A stretch of DNA of 64,000 nt from Nitrospira sp. (GTDB lineage: Bacteria; Nitrospirota; Nitrospiria; Nitrospirales; Nitrospiraceae), in the NCBI GenBank assembly GCA_047150005.1, contig AP038806.1, positions 1,184,001 through 1,248,000 of the forward strand. Reading direction: 5' to 3'. The position numbers and the translations under genes are program-made. The notes under the pieces were generated by a model. The model saw only the letters and a program-made list of their open reading frames with translations. It ran no database searches and had not been told where the DNA came from. Of this stretch, positions 37,515 through 48,361 are shown in pieces. Within the stretch, counting starts at the first letter, position 1. Each line of letters starts with the position of its first letter.

Positions 37515-38441
37515 TTATACAGGGGTACCGATAAGGGCATCCACAAACGGTTCCGGCCGGAAATCCTGGAGATCTTCCGCTGATTCACCGACTCCTATCA
37601 GCCGCACCGGCAACTTCAGTTCATCAGCGATCGCGACCACGATTCCACCACGAGCCGTGCCGTCCAATTTGGTGAGGACGAGGCCGGTGACCCCGACTGC
37701 CTGATTGAACTGACGCGCCTGGACCAGCGCATTTTGCCCAACCGTCGCATCAATCACCAACAGCACCTCCTGAGGCGCGTCGGGCATTCCCTGTTTCAGC
37801 ACCCGGCTGATCTTCTTCAACTCATCCATCAGATTCGATTTCGTATGCAGACGCCCGGCTGTATCGATCAGGACTACGTCTGCATTGCGTGCCTTGGCCG
37901 CCATTAATCCGTCGAAAGCCACTGCGGCCGGGTCCGCTCCATGCCGATGACAGACGAACTCGGCGCCGATGCGGTCAGACCATACCTTCAGTTGATCGAT
38001 TGCCGCAGCGCGAAAGGTATCGGCCGCGACCAGGAGCGGCTTGAGCCCTCCATTTACCAGTCGCTGCGCGATCTTTGCCAGCGTCGTCGTCTTGCCCACT
38101 CCATTCACGCCCACAGCCAAAATGACAAATGGCTTGGTGCCCTGGGCGATCAGATCTTCAAGCCTGGGACCTGCGGCAGGGGTGAGCGCCTGCAGCAATG
38201 TCTGCTTTAAGACGGTCTGGACCGTGAGGATTTGCGAAGCATTGGTCCCGAGAAGCCCCTGTTTCAACTGGTCCATGGTGCGTTTCACTACTGGCGCACC
38301 AAGATCAGAGAGGACCAGAGCCGTCTCTAACTCTTCAAGCACTGCAGGATCTGCTGTGCGTCCTAAGAACTTATCAAGAGACCCTCGAACAGCCGATCGT
38401 GTGCGAGTTAAGCCTTCATTGAGCCGTTGGATCCATCCCAT
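37515..38441 (-). CDS. ftsY: SRP receptor FtsY
   Basis: GVNGVGKTTT, DTFRAAA, DTAGR, TKLDGTARGG. Confidence 0.97.
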   Translation of the reverse strand: MGWIQRLNEGLTRTRSAVRGSLDKFLGRTADPAVLEELETALVLSDLGAPVVKRTMDQLKQGLLGTNASQILTVQTVLKQTLLQALTPAAGPRLEDLIAQGTKPFVILAVGVNGVGKTTTLAKIAQRLVNGGLKPLLVAADTFRAAAIDQLKVWSDRIGAEFVCHRHGADPAAVAFDGLMAAKARNADVVLIDTAGRLHTKSNLMDELKKISRVLKQGMPDAPQEVLLVIDATVGQNALVQARQFNQAVGVTGLVLTKLDGTARGGIVVAIADELKLPVRLIGVGESAEDLQDFRPEPFVDALIGTPV

Positions 38442-38445
38442 AAAA

Positions 38446-38931
38446 TCACCGTGAACGTTTGCTCGCGACTCTGGCAAGATGAGCGTATATTCCCAGTTGC
38501 TCCAGAAGACTACGCTCTCGCCTGCGCATGCGTCTCGCCTCTCTATCGCTTCGTTCATGATCGTATCCACACAGATGGAGAATTCCATGAATAAGCAAGG
38601 CGGCTATCTCATCCCTGAGAGATCGTCTTGCTGCACGCGCTTGCCGAATCGCGGTGGGCATAGCAATAACCACATCACCAAGCGGCCCGGCACCCATATG
38701 CGCGCGGATGGGGAAACGAGCGTCTCTGGAGGCAAATGCCAAAACATCGGTGGTGTTATCCTTTTGACGGTATTGTCGGTTCAATCGGCGCATCCCTTTA
38801 TCACCGACGAATATCACACTCACATCCGAATCCTCCTCACCCATTGCCGACAAAACCATAGATGCGAATTTCCCGACCAGGACCGGACTCACCTTCACGA
38901 TCCGAGTCCTGCTTTCCACAAACACGGACAT
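38446..38931 (-). CDS. ybeY: rRNA maturation RNase YbeY
   Basis: TDVLAF, LGDVVI, HGILHLCGYDH. Confidence 0.95.
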   Translation of the reverse strand: MSVFVESRTRIVKVSPVLVGKFASMVLSAMGEEDSDVSVIFVGDKGMRRLNRQYRQKDNTTDVLAFASRDARFPIRAHMGAGPLGDVVIAMPTAIRQARAARRSLRDEIAALLIHGILHLCGYDHERSDREARRMRRRERSLLEQLGIYAHLARVASKRSR

Positions 38932-40001
38932 TAATGCGGTTGTCCCAAAGACGACTTGGGCGACTGCTGGGCCGGGGAAGGTGTTGATGTTCGAGCGTTA
39001 GGAGAAGCCGGAGGTCGGCGACCAGGAGCTGATGCCGTTGGATCCTGAGTTCCTTCCTGATGCTGATGCTGATCGTACGCCTTGATGATGTCCTGCACAA
39101 GCTTATGCCTGACGACGTCTCGCTCATCAAAATAGATGAATCGAATGCCTTCAACGTCACGGAGGATATCACGGACTTCGATGAGTCCAGATACCCGCTC
39201 AGGCGGCAAGTCAATCTGGGTGATATCCCCTGTCACGACCGCTTTGGAACTGAATCCAAGCCGAGTCAGGAACATCTTCATCTGTTCAGCCGTCGCATTC
39301 TGAGCTTCATCGAGAATGACAAACGAATCATTCAGTGTGCGGCCTCGCATGAACGCCAAGGGGGCGATTTCAATGTCGCCTCGCTCGATCGCTCTAGTCG
39401 CACGTTCCATATCCATCATATCGAACAAAGCGTCATAGAGAGGACGCAGGTATGGGTTAACTTTTGCATACATATCCCCCGGAAGAAACCCGAGTTTCTC
39501 GCCGGCCTCTACCGCAGGGCGCGCCAAAATAATTCGGCTGACTTGGCGCTTCATCAATGCGCTTACAGCCATGGCCATGGCTAGGTACGTTTTGCCTGTT
39601 CCGGCGGGTCCGATTCCTATCACGATGTCGTGAGTTTCAATCGCTTCAATGTACGATTTCTGAGTCGGTGTCTTCGGAGCGACGAAGCGTTTCTTCGTGA
39701 CAATGGTCGTGGCTGTAGACAATAGCTCTTTGAGTGGAGCATCAGGGGTTTGCTTCAGCGCAGAGAGGGCATGCGCGATGTCCTCGGGTTCAAGAACCAT
39801 TCCCTCATTGGCGAGAGCAGCAAGCTCGGTCAGAACTCGCTCAGCGTGGCGGGTCGCATCCGGGGTTCCATCAACCGTGAGCTCCTCGCCACGCGCCGAA
39901 AGGCGCACGCCAAGGTCATCTTCGATCATTTTGAGGTGTCGGTCGTGGTGACCGAACAGGACGGCGGTGTTGGTACCTTCTCGCAGCTTAAGCTTTTTCA
40001 C
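38931..40001 (-). CDS. phoH: PhoH-family ATPase (YbeZ-like)
   Basis: GPAGTGKT, RPAVEAGEKLGFLPGD, MRGRTL, DEAQN, VVRH. Confidence 0.95.
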   Translation of the reverse strand: MKKLKLREGTNTAVLFGHHDRHLKMIEDDLGVRLSARGEELTVDGTPDATRHAERVLTELAALANEGMVLEPEDIAHALSALKQTPDAPLKELLSTATTIVTKKRFVAPKTPTQKSYIEAIETHDIVIGIGPAGTGKTYLAMAMAVSALMKRQVSRIILARPAVEAGEKLGFLPGDMYAKVNPYLRPLYDALFDMMDMERATRAIERGDIEIAPLAFMRGRTLNDSFVILDEAQNATAEQMKMFLTRLGFSSKAVVTGDITQIDLPPERVSGLIEVRDILRDVEGIRFIYFDERDVVRHKLVQDIIKAYDQHQHQEGTQDPTASAPGRRPPASPNARTSTPSPAQQSPKSSLGQPH

Positions 40002-40111
40002 ACAATGGCGACAGAGCACTGAATGCTAGTTAGCTTGATTGTATCAGACTGATGAGGGAGCTGACAACCAACTCACATCGCTGAAGACGACCGAGAGGCT
40101 GGAGAGGGATG

Positions 40112-41041
40112 TCAGGATTTCGCCTCAGTTCTTGGCGAAATGTCAAACTCCTGAGATGTCCATCCCCGATGATCATCTCTGGCTATGATCTTTACTCGGA
40201 AAACCCCCTGCGCAGAGGGAGGGATTGACCATTGAAGCTGACCGGTTCTTTCGTTAATCGTCATTCCTGGCGGACCGGATTCCAGCGAGAACGTGATGGG
40301 ATCGTTCTCCGGATCATTTGCTGAGACTTGATACTCAAGCCTGCCGTCAGCAACCACCGGCGGCTCGAAGGAAGCAAATTTTGGAGGCCTGTTAGATATG
40401 GTCACGGGCTCAGAGTGGGCTTCCTTACCTGTCCCGGCTTGATCGTGCGGAGTAACCACAACGCTCACTGTTTCACCACGAGAGAACCCGGCACTATCCA
40501 ATGTATTGTGCTCTCCCAGAAGCACAACCTGGTCGTTGCGCCGCCATGTGTAGCTGTACTGAACACTGTCTCCGTCAATGTCGCCCCCTTCCAATTCGGC
40601 CTTGATAATATCTCCGGCCTTCGGTTCCTTCGGCTCGAGCGTAACGGCTTGAATCATGGGAGGCGTATTCCCCACCAACACCTCTGAACTGCGAAAAGGG
40701 GCACCTGCGACCTTCCCGTCGTGCGGGGTGACCTCGACACTGACCCGATCACCCCGCTTCAGCCTCTCCGGATTGAGCGTCGTCGAAGATTCACCCGACA
40801 CTTCTGCTCCGTTCACGAACCAGCGAAATCGCAAAGTCACTTCGTCTTGGTTCGGATCCTTGGATTCGGCAACCGCCGTCACGACGCCGTGACGAGTAAT
40901 TGGATTCGGAACGATTGTGAGCGAATGAATGCTGGGCGGACCGTTTCCTACAGAAGTGCTTCCAGCATAGTGATCCTCGGACGTGCACCCAAGATTCATG
41001 AGCAGCCCAATTACCGTCAGACCTGCAAATAGGCGATACAC
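40112..41041 (-). CDS. Lipoprotein with tandem Ig-like domains
   Basis: Lipobox LMNLGC; two repeats of D.DGD.V...Y.W..N...V.VTPHD; C-terminal DPENDPITFSL..GP.GM.I. Confidence 0.78.
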   Translation of the reverse strand: MYRLFAGLTVIGLLMNLGCTSEDHYAGSTSVGNGPPSIHSLTIVPNPITRHGVVTAVAESKDPNQDEVTLRFRWFVNGAEVSGESSTTLNPERLKRGDRVSVEVTPHDGKVAGAPFRSSEVLVGNTPPMIQAVTLEPKEPKAGDIIKAELEGGDIDGDSVQYSYTWRRNDQVVLLGEHNTLDSAGFSRGETVSVVVTPHDQAGTGKEAHSEPVTISNRPPKFASFEPPVVADGRLEYQVSANDPENDPITFSLESGPPGMTINERTGQLQWSIPPSAQGVFRVKIIARDDHRGWTSQEFDISPRTEAKS

Positions 41042-41104
41042 GAAGCTCCTCAGTCGACTTATCGAAGGGACCTGCTCACTTCACATGCATCGCGCGTTAC
41101 CCAT

Positions 41105-44100
41105 CTAGTCGCGTTGATTTATCCATGAGAGATACCGACTTGCGACTGTCGTCGCAGTTCCAGCATTCACGCAATTGATGGCGCCGGTGCTGGATTGCGA
41201 ACATCCCTTCACACCACTCAAGCTACCAGTGCCAGCGGAACCATCACCTTGGCTTCCCAAATGGATGGCGACGGTAGTGGCCAAACCCTCGCCGAGACTT
41301 GTCTTGTTGTTGATATTTTGACCGCTCAACCCAACAATCGGCGAGCTATAGGGTCCGCCCGTTACGTAATAGAGAGCATAGAGATTGCTCGACCCTGCCG
41401 CGACACAGACATCACTGCTTGGCAGGAATGTGGGAAAGAACACAATCCCACCGAGAATAACCGGGTTCGCCACCGATCGTTCACTTGGTCCACTGGCTGG
41501 GACAGTCAGTTTGGTAAACCAACCTCTCTTACTTTGGACAAGTGAAATAAGCGAGCCATATGTTCCACCCGTTGCCATCGCTGGCACACTGGTCACTTGC
41601 TGTGTCGTCGTACCGTCACACGTACCATTGCCAAGTTGGCAGATAGTGGCCGTTGACATGTCAATCAACTCATTGTTCAGGCTGTCGTCAATACGACAAC
41701 CCGTGATGGTCAAGTCATTGCATCCTCCCGAACCCTGCAGCACCGGATCTTTCACACCCACCAGAAATTGAACTGAGGTATCGACCTTATCACCAGTTCC
41801 GCTCAATTGGGTGTAGTAACGGCCACTTCCTGCAAAAAGCCAGGTATTCCCCGTCTCGTCCAGTGCAAGACCAGGGGCTTGAGGCAGAGGACCCAACGTA
41901 TTTTTTGTGGATCCGGTCGCGTTCTTGAATTGATAGAGAATTTCGGACGGGGCTCTTGTTGGTGCAGGAGCCGTTGCGCCTGATGGCACGCCCCACAAAG
42001 AAGGATCTGTATTGCAGACCGGAGTGGACGCTTTCCAACAGCCGGTCGTAAGGCGAATCAACTTGCCTTCCCACGGGGATGCACTGATGATCTTCCCGCC
42101 ATATATGACGTCAGCTCGATAATCCAAGTCTCTGTCTATCGTTGACAAGTCTCCGATAAATGAATTGGGTGGACTGGACACTGTCCCGCCCGCATCAAAG
42201 ACTGTCACGGTCGTCGAAGCGGCCGACGTTATTCTGTCTTTGAGATTAACGGCGTACATCCTTGCCACCTGCCCAACGCCCGCATCGTAGCTGGTTGCTC
42301 CGGACCCAAATACGACATACCATTTGGCATCGCTGTCCTGTGTCTTATCGCCACCCAATGGACGAACCCGGACCACGCTCGGGTAACTCATGGTCAGCCC
42401 AAGGTTCGCATCTGAATAGCTCCAGAGGAGCTTCGGCAATTTCTCAGGGTTGGTGACATCCAATACGAAGTATGCGCTGAAAAAGGTTCGCCCAGCATCC
42501 ACTGTGGAGTCGTTGTTGAAATCTGCCGCGAAGGTCATCGGCGTGCCCTGACCTCCAGTGCAATTTCCGCAACTACCTCCCATTCGGAACCCGCCAACAA
42601 GAATTGTTCCCCATCCATTGGGATGATCTGCATCGGGGGTAAACACTCTCGCATCTGTTACCTTCGGTTTCAGATCGACATAGTACACGTGCGTATAATT
42701 GGGATCTGCCAGCCATCGCAGATGCGGTAACAACTCTTGCGGAATAAACGACCACAATTCATCGCCACGAACCGTACCTCGACCGTCTGCAGTCGTCGAA
42801 TTGGAAAACCATCCATGCTCTATTTTTCCGGCCGGAGCGGACCCGCTGGTATCATCGCCCTTATGATAAAACCCTACGTTAAACGCATGCAGCATGCCGT
42901 CGTTGGCTCCAAGATATGCAACCTGGCGGCGCCCCTTGTACTGCTGAAAAAAGGCTGTGTAGGACGCATCGCCGTACAACACATCGTACCGCTCCTTCGG
43001 ATCGCCGACGACAACAGGCGTTGAATATACGGAGTCTCCGAGTTTCCAGACCATCGCGGTGGGGACGTTACTATCGTTCTTCACTGTCAACGTACGATCG
43101 CGAAGGCCTGTGACCTGAGAGCCACGAATAAAATTGATTGTGTTGGTCGCTGTGAGGGCCGCTGGGGCCCCACTGAGATTGAGATAGCCAGCGATCTTGC
43201 TCTGATTACTGATGTCGAACGAAATGAACTCACCCGTAGGTGTCGCGGAGCCGGTACTACTCACGACTTTGTCATTGTCCAAGTCCACCCAGGTATAGAT
43301 GTACCGATTCGCGGGTGGCATGATGGCCAGTCGACGTCCTCCTTCCCAAATCGGATTGATATCGGTGATGGCCTTGTCGCATTGATGAGGCGAGTCGTCA
43401 CAAAATGCTGTGTCAAGAATGCCATCAGGAGGCACGGTCGTATCTCTGGTCGGATCAGCTTTGCCGTCACCGTTTGAATCAACAAAAATGTCAACGGCCA
43501 GGCGGTCGTTAGTCACATCGTAGCGAGTTACAACAATGCGATCCTCGCTGAGCACTAAGCGGCCGTCGCCATTAGTATCTTCGCGGAGATTTCCATAGGT
43601 ATCGACGAACAGCCCGTGCACATAGCCGGCATATTTGACCTCGCGAGTGCCTTCGAACTGAGTTGGGTAGAAATAGGATTGATAGAGGGCGCCTTCGCCA
43701 CTTGTCGAGGACGACAAGACCGACGCAGCAGTACCAGATGACGTTTGGTTCAGAATCGCCGAGAAGGCGGCAGCTAACTTGCCTTCGAGTTCCAGTGGGT
43801 TTTGCGCGTAGAAGTATGTGTCCGGTACTCCATCGCCGTCCGAATCCCATTCCGATGTCTTGTCGGGAAGGTTATACCCCGTCGTGGCAGGCTTATCGCT
43901 ATCTTTGAATCCTCCGTACTTGGCTGCGTACCACAAGGGATCCTTCAGGAGCCCGGCATTTGAGCCATTCGCGGTGAAAGTTCGCTCCACCCAAATGTTC
44001 GTGTACGGAGCCGTTGTGTCCGACGTCCACGCTCCTGTTGTATTGTACCGTTGGCACTCAAGGCCGTTTCCCGCACCGGTGGGGATACTTCCACCGCAAC

Positions 44101-46489
44101 GAATATCGTAGTATTCGCCGGCACCAGTGAGAATATTATTCAGGGTTGCTGCCGGCGTTGTCGCGCTGTGACCTGTCGCACTCACTCCGTTGATGTAGAA
44201 GCCGGCCCAGTTGCCGTTCCCGGCGTTGGAATATATCGGCTTCGTCTTAACCGTAATGGTTGTCGACCCATTCGTCTTCACATACAGCCGATAACGAATG
44301 TCCAGATCGTAGTCTCCTCCATAAGTTGCATCGTCCCACATGATTTCGTAGCAAGAGGTATAGCCATTCCCAACCTCGGCGATCCAATCAGCGTCACTCG
44401 CGCAAATGTCGAATGCGACAAGTTGCCCCTTGTTTCCTCCAGTCGCAGCCGAACTCGCCCAAGCGCCTTGACCGGCAGTCGTACATCCGTTGTAGCGATT
44501 TGAATCACTCGCTGGCGCGCCTCCAGTTGCAGCCGGACAGCCGCTATGAAAGGTCGGAGTCAACTGAACCTTGTTCAACCCTACCGCGAATTCCAGCACC
44601 GGTACCGGCGCGCTGGCCACTACCGCATAGGTCGTAATGTTCTGCTTCACTAAGTTGCCTGTGTCGTTGCCGAGAGCGCCGCGGAGATCCGTCGTCTTTG
44701 CATAATGAGCTAGGATCGGAAGATAGTAGGATCCGTACTTGTTCGGTTCCTCCGGACAGAGACCCCGGATATTTAGGAACGTCGTTGTTGTCTTGGCCGA
44801 GCAGATGCTATTCGCGGAACCACCATTGACCTCACCGATGAATACAGAGCTAATTGGATCCAACGTATTCATCGATGAAGCGGTCAGCAATGCGGAGAGG
44901 TCGATCCCCGTATCATTCGTCGTCGGAGTGACCTGATTGGGGGCGGAAATCCAAGCCTGCGCACCTGGAAGCTGGTCAGAGTCATGAGACGGGAAGGCGT
45001 CACCGAACATCAAGACGAAGGGTTTTGCGCAATACTCACAAACAGGTGGCGACCCCGTATATGGATCGCCATATCCGTTGTTGGCTTCAATTGGGAACGT
45101 GTTTGATGCGAATGCGCCATTTCCAATTGCGTAACTCGTAATGCTGTTATCGGGACCGTTGCCGGAAGTCTTATAAAACTGTGTGGTTGCATTGCCGGAA
45201 CTTGCGAGGCCTCTGAAATAGCGGATTGCTTCGTAGAACATCTCCGCGAAGGGTTCTCCCCAGCTCCTGCAATTGCTTTCGGTGGGAATGCCTCCATTAA
45301 CACTGCACGTCCCATCGTTTCCACCGGCGGAGTAGTTGTTACCACCGAAATTGTATCCAACGATTCTGAAGCTATCGATCGTCTTGATGACCTTCGAGGT
45401 TCCAAGGATCTGTCCTGTGCGCTTGTTGATCTCCTGCGTGTACAGATCCGTGGCCTTACTACGGAGCACACCTCCGCTGAAATTCCGCTCGTAGCTACCT
45501 GAAATCAGACCGAATCGCATGGTCACGGTGTCATCAGCGCTCCCGACACTTCCGTTGGCGTTCACCGCCATCCTTTGGATCAAACCCTGCGGCTTATATG
45601 TATATGTGCTTGTCGGGCTGGGAGTGTTGTTGTCGTAATACGTATCGCAATTTGCTTCTAGCCCAACTGTCCAGTCACATACCATGACGGCAACCCGATA
45701 GGTCGCCTTAAGCTCTCCTCCAAATACTCCGGCTCCATTGGCAGTTCGCTCGCACTGCCGCACCTCGGTGCTATCGGCATCTGGCCAATTTCCGTCCAAC
45801 ACCATCATGTACCCGACGGTTTCACTGCTTGCACTGTTGGTATTACAGATTGTGACAGCACCAGAAACGATTCCCAGGGCGGCGGTCGGCACCAAGGAAC
45901 TCAAGTCGCTGCCGGCATAGGGCTTCGCCCAGGAATGAGCATCACGAGGAGCAATGGTTCGTCCCAAGACAGTTAAGCCGTTGTTCCCAGTCATTGGCGA
46001 CGTTGAACTACCGGCGTCATCCACGATGCGCATTCCCCCATAAAGCACCTTCCGGATGATGTCGATCCGAGCCATTGTCGCCCAGTTGAGGAAGTTTCCG
46101 CTCCATTTGGCTGTGCAGAAGTGGCCATAGGTTCCAGCACCAGCAACGGCTGGGTTGAAACGTCCCGTACCGCCAAACCCTGTCCCTCCCGAATAGTCGT
46201 AGCATTTCTTCGGGTCGAAATAGCCCACGTAATCGATGTTGTCCTTGTACGTCGTGTCGGCCGCGGCATCTCCACCAGGCTTTCCATTGTCCAAATCGAC
46301 GATATCGTTATATCCCTTAAAGAAAAGCCGGTGATCTTTCGTCATCATGAGCATCACGGCCGGCGGTACCGTTTTCGTGATGAACGGCGGATAGGCCGTG
46401 TAGTTGTTCATGGTGACTTGAGCGACGGCAGAATGATGAACGATGCCACCGGCAACGGCGAGCAGGAGAGCTAACATCAGTTTGTTCAT
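41105..46489 (-). CDS. pilY1: PilY1/PilC-family type IV pilus tip adhesin (~1790 aa)
   Basis: Signal peptide; LGDSVYSTP, GANDGMLHAF, ELWSFIP, YYVD, GW.TILVGG propeller motifs; follows pilX. Confidence 0.93.
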   Translation of the reverse strand: MNKLMLALLLAVAGGIVHHSAVAQVTMNNYTAYPPFITKTVPPAVMLMMTKDHRLFFKGYNDIVDLDNGKPGGDAAADTTYKDNIDYVGYFDPKKCYDYSGGTGFGGTGRFNPAVAGAGTYGHFCTAKWSGNFLNWATMARIDIIRKVLYGGMRIVDDAGSSTSPMTGNNGLTVLGRTIAPRDAHSWAKPYAGSDLSSLVPTAALGIVSGAVTICNTNSASSETVGYMMVLDGNWPDADSTEVRQCERTANGAGVFGGELKATYRVAVMVCDWTVGLEANCDTYYDNNTPSPTSTYTYKPQGLIQRMAVNANGSVGSADDTVTMRFGLISGSYERNFSGGVLRSKATDLYTQEINKRTGQILGTSKVIKTIDSFRIVGYNFGGNNYSAGGNDGTCSVNGGIPTESNCRSWGEPFAEMFYEAIRYFRGLASSGNATTQFYKTSGNGPDNSITSYAIGNGAFASNTFPIEANNGYGDPYTGSPPVCEYCAKPFVLMFGDAFPSHDSDQLPGAQAWISAPNQVTPTTNDTGIDLSALLTASSMNTLDPISSVFIGEVNGGSANSICSAKTTTTFLNIRGLCPEEPNKYGSYYLPILAHYAKTTDLRGALGNDTGNLVKQNITTYAVVASAPVPVLEFAVGLNKVQLTPTFHSGCPAATGGAPASDSNRYNGCTTAGQGAWASSAATGGNKGQLVAFDICASDADWIAEVGNGYTSCYEIMWDDATYGGDYDLDIRYRLYVKTNGSTTITVKTKPIYSNAGNGNWAGFYINGVSATGHSATTPAATLNNILTGAGEYYDIRCGGSIPTGAGNGLECQRYNTTGAWTSDTTAPYTNIWVERTFTANGSNAGLLKDPLWYAAKYGGFKDSDKPATTGYNLPDKTSEWDSDGDGVPDTYFYAQNPLELEGKLAAAFSAILNQTSSGTAASVLSSSTSGEGALYQSYFYPTQFEGTREVKYAGYVHGLFVDTYGNLREDTNGDGRLVLSEDRIVVTRYDVTNDRLAVDIFVDSNGDGKADPTRDTTVPPDGILDTAFCDDSPHQCDKAITDINPIWEGGRRLAIMPPANRYIYTWVDLDNDKVVSSTGSATPTGEFISFDISNQSKIAGYLNLSGAPAALTATNTINFIRGSQVTGLRDRTLTVKNDSNVPTAMVWKLGDSVYSTPVVVGDPKERYDVLYGDASYTAFFQQYKGRRQVAYLGANDGMLHAFNVGFYHKGDDTSGSAPAGKIEHGWFSNSTTADGRGTVRGDELWSFIPQELLPHLRWLADPNYTHVYYVDLKPKVTDARVFTPDADHPNGWGTILVGGFRMGGSCGNCTGGQGTPMTFAADFNNDSTVDAGRTFFSAYFVLDVTNPEKLPKLLWSYSDANLGLTMSYPSVVRVRPLGGDKTQDSDAKWYVVFGSGATSYDAGVGQVARMYAVNLKDRITSAASTTVTVFDAGGTVSSPPNSFIGDLSTIDRDLDYRADVIYGGKIISASPWEGKLIRLTTGCWKASTPVCNTDPSLWGVPSGATAPAPTRAPSEILYQFKNATGSTKNTLGPLPQAPGLALDETGNTWLFAGSGRYYTQLSGTGDKVDTSVQFLVGVKDPVLQGSGGCNDLTITGCRIDDSLNNELIDMSTATICQLGNGTCDGTTTQQVTSVPAMATGGTYGSLISLVQSKRGWFTKLTVPASGPSERSVANPVILGGIVFFPTFLPSSDVCVAAGSSNLYALYYVTGGPYSSPIVGLSGQNINNKTSLGEGLATTVAIHLGSQGDGSAGTGSLSGVKGCSQSSTGAINCVNAGTATTVASRYLSWINQRD

Positions 46490-46566
46490 GATCCTACCCC
46501 TCCCCATAACAGCTTTCTCAACTCTCATTCGCTCAAACCACAACATGCGTCGGTTCGTCCTTAGAG

Positions 46567-47199
46567 CTATAGTTTTCTCTGACAGGTTTCACCCGTTAGA
46601 GTGCAAGCGTACACGCCAACGATCCGGTTTTCGGTCCCAGTCGCCACGAGTGTGGCTCTGCAATCCACTCGATAGAGGACATCGACACCTCCACCTGCAC
46701 TTCCCGATCCCGCTCCTTCATAGCCTGCGGCGAACTGCATGCCAGACCCTGCCTTCGCCTGTAAGTACAACCGGTCGATATCACCTCGCACGGAGTACCC
46801 ATTGATTGTCTGATCGTAGTCTGGCCCCAAAGCCCCTGTCCCTGTCACCGTATCCACGTGGTTGTCAGCCTGGCCGTTGATTTCCATGGTGAGGGATGGA
46901 TTGGCTGAAGTCTCCGCTCCAGTCGGAACCGGCCCGCTCGAACTAACTACCGCCGCCGGCACCGAACCGTTCTCGATCGTTTGCTGGATGATCTTTACCG
47001 AAGAACTGAGACAAGACTCGGCAGCGTCTGCGGCCACTTCCGTAGTTCGCTGGAATCCGGCTATTCGATTTTCGAGTCCTGTGACGGTCATTGCGGCGAT
47101 ACCTAATACTGTCAGGATGAGCATGAGGATCATGACCATTAAGAAGGCCATGCCTCGCTCATTCCTGATCAGACCACGGTTCGTCTCGTCAACTGGCAT
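46567..47199 (-). CDS. pilX: PilX-like minor pilin
   Basis: ERG/MAFLMVMILMLILTVLG (no Glu5), E.RIAG, AAES. Confidence 0.85.
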   Translation of the reverse strand: MPVDETNRGLIRNERGMAFLMVMILMLILTVLGIAAMTVTGLENRIAGFQRTTEVAADAAESCLSSSVKIIQQTIENGSVPAAVVSSSGPVPTGAETSANPSLTMEINGQADNHVDTVTGTGALGPDYDQTINGYSVRGDIDRLYLQAKAGSGMQFAAGYEGAGSGSAGGGVDVLYRVDCRATLVATGTENRIVGVYACTLTGETCQRKL

Positions 47200-47218
47200 G
47201 CCGACTCCTGACCTCGAT

Positions 47219-48343
47219 TTATTGCTCGACGTTTCGAGCATCGACCGTCCTCGTCAATTGACGACGTCTAAACTGCTGATACGTTGAGGGGACATACCCA
47301 GGATCACTGGAATGAATATGGTCGCTAATCGTCAGGGGACCTGCCGTCAAGACTCCGGCCTGCTGAGCCTCACCAAGCCCCTGGTCCCGAACCGATTGTC
47401 TGGCCACGACGTTGACCTGCACCATCCTGATAGTGGCAGGATCGAACGTGAGAGGGGTCCACACCCTATTGGTCTGCCAGTCTCCAACATCGAACGTATT
47501 GTTGGTGTTCCAATCGTCAATCACCCCGTCAGGCACCCCTGTCTTGATGGCCGCGTTGCAGCCGTCACAGGCGAGAGCGAACTGAATATCTTCGATGCCG
47601 TCGACGATATTGGCGGTCGGCGGCGAGGCCGTTCCCGTGTCCACAGTTCGAAGCAGGCAAGGTCCTGAGGTTATACACGCCGTTGAATCCTGTCCGATTG
47701 AATAGGTTACGCACTGCAGTAGATAGACTTGGGTTCCCACCGGAAACGTCACTGGCAAGTTAAACCCACTGCTTAAGTTCACCGCAGATCCGCTGCTCGT
47801 CGAGACCTGCGCCGTCACAACTCCTCCGATAGAAACATACGCACCCGTGCCGTTCACCATGCCTTCGGCCTGCATTTCTGAAACGGCGGCGGCATTAAGA
47901 GTGATGGAGGTGAAGGAGCTGGCTGGTGCAACCGGGACGGCCTGGGAAAGAGTCCATCCAGGGTTGGTTCGAGGAATCACGAGCGAAAGGGTATCTGGGC
48001 CATCATCATTCGGGAGAGCGGAGGGTGTCGGGACCTTATCAACAGGTCTGACCGCTAAGCTGGTGCCTCCGGCGGCACAGTTTCCCGCCGTACCTCCCAC
48101 CGGCACATTTGGTGATAACGGCATTCGGAATCCAGCCAGCTTGACGTCGCGGGCGATCAATTCCATAGCCAATCTGGCATTCTGCTGCGTACCCGCCGCT
48201 TGTTCATTGGCCTTAGTAGATTTGTCGGTGGTCGTCAGCACCGTAAAGCCGGCCGTCACAATGATGCTTGTCACGGCAAGCGCGATCATTAACTCCACCA
48301 ATGTGATACCGTGCTGCAATTGTCTTTGGTGTGCAGTCCTCAT
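47219..48343 (-). CDS. pilW: PilW-like minor pilin
   Basis: QHG/ITLVELMIAL, QQNARLAMELIARDVKLAGF, DGIEDIQF, C-terminal RN. Confidence 0.88.
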   Translation of the reverse strand: MRTAHQRQLQHGITLVELMIALAVTSIIVTAGFTVLTTTDKSTKANEQAAGTQQNARLAMELIARDVKLAGFRMPLSPNVPVGGTAGNCAAGGTSLAVRPVDKVPTPSALPNDDGPDTLSLVIPRTNPGWTLSQAVPVAPASSFTSITLNAAAVSEMQAEGMVNGTGAYVSIGGVVTAQVSTSSGSAVNLSSGFNLPVTFPVGTQVYLLQCVTYSIGQDSTACITSGPCLLRTVDTGTASPPTANIVDGIEDIQFALACDGCNAAIKTGVPDGVIDDWNTNNTFDVGDWQTNRVWTPLTFDPATIRMVQVNVVARQSVRDQGLGEAQQAGVLTAGPLTISDHIHSSDPGYVPSTYQQFRRRQLTRTVDARNVEQ

Positions 48344-48361
48344 ATCGGGGCTGTCCTTACC

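Noticed and set aside
42761..42769. RGD motif in PilY1
   Set aside because: Lies just before the structural ELWSF strand; a tripeptide is plausible by chance in ~1800 aa.
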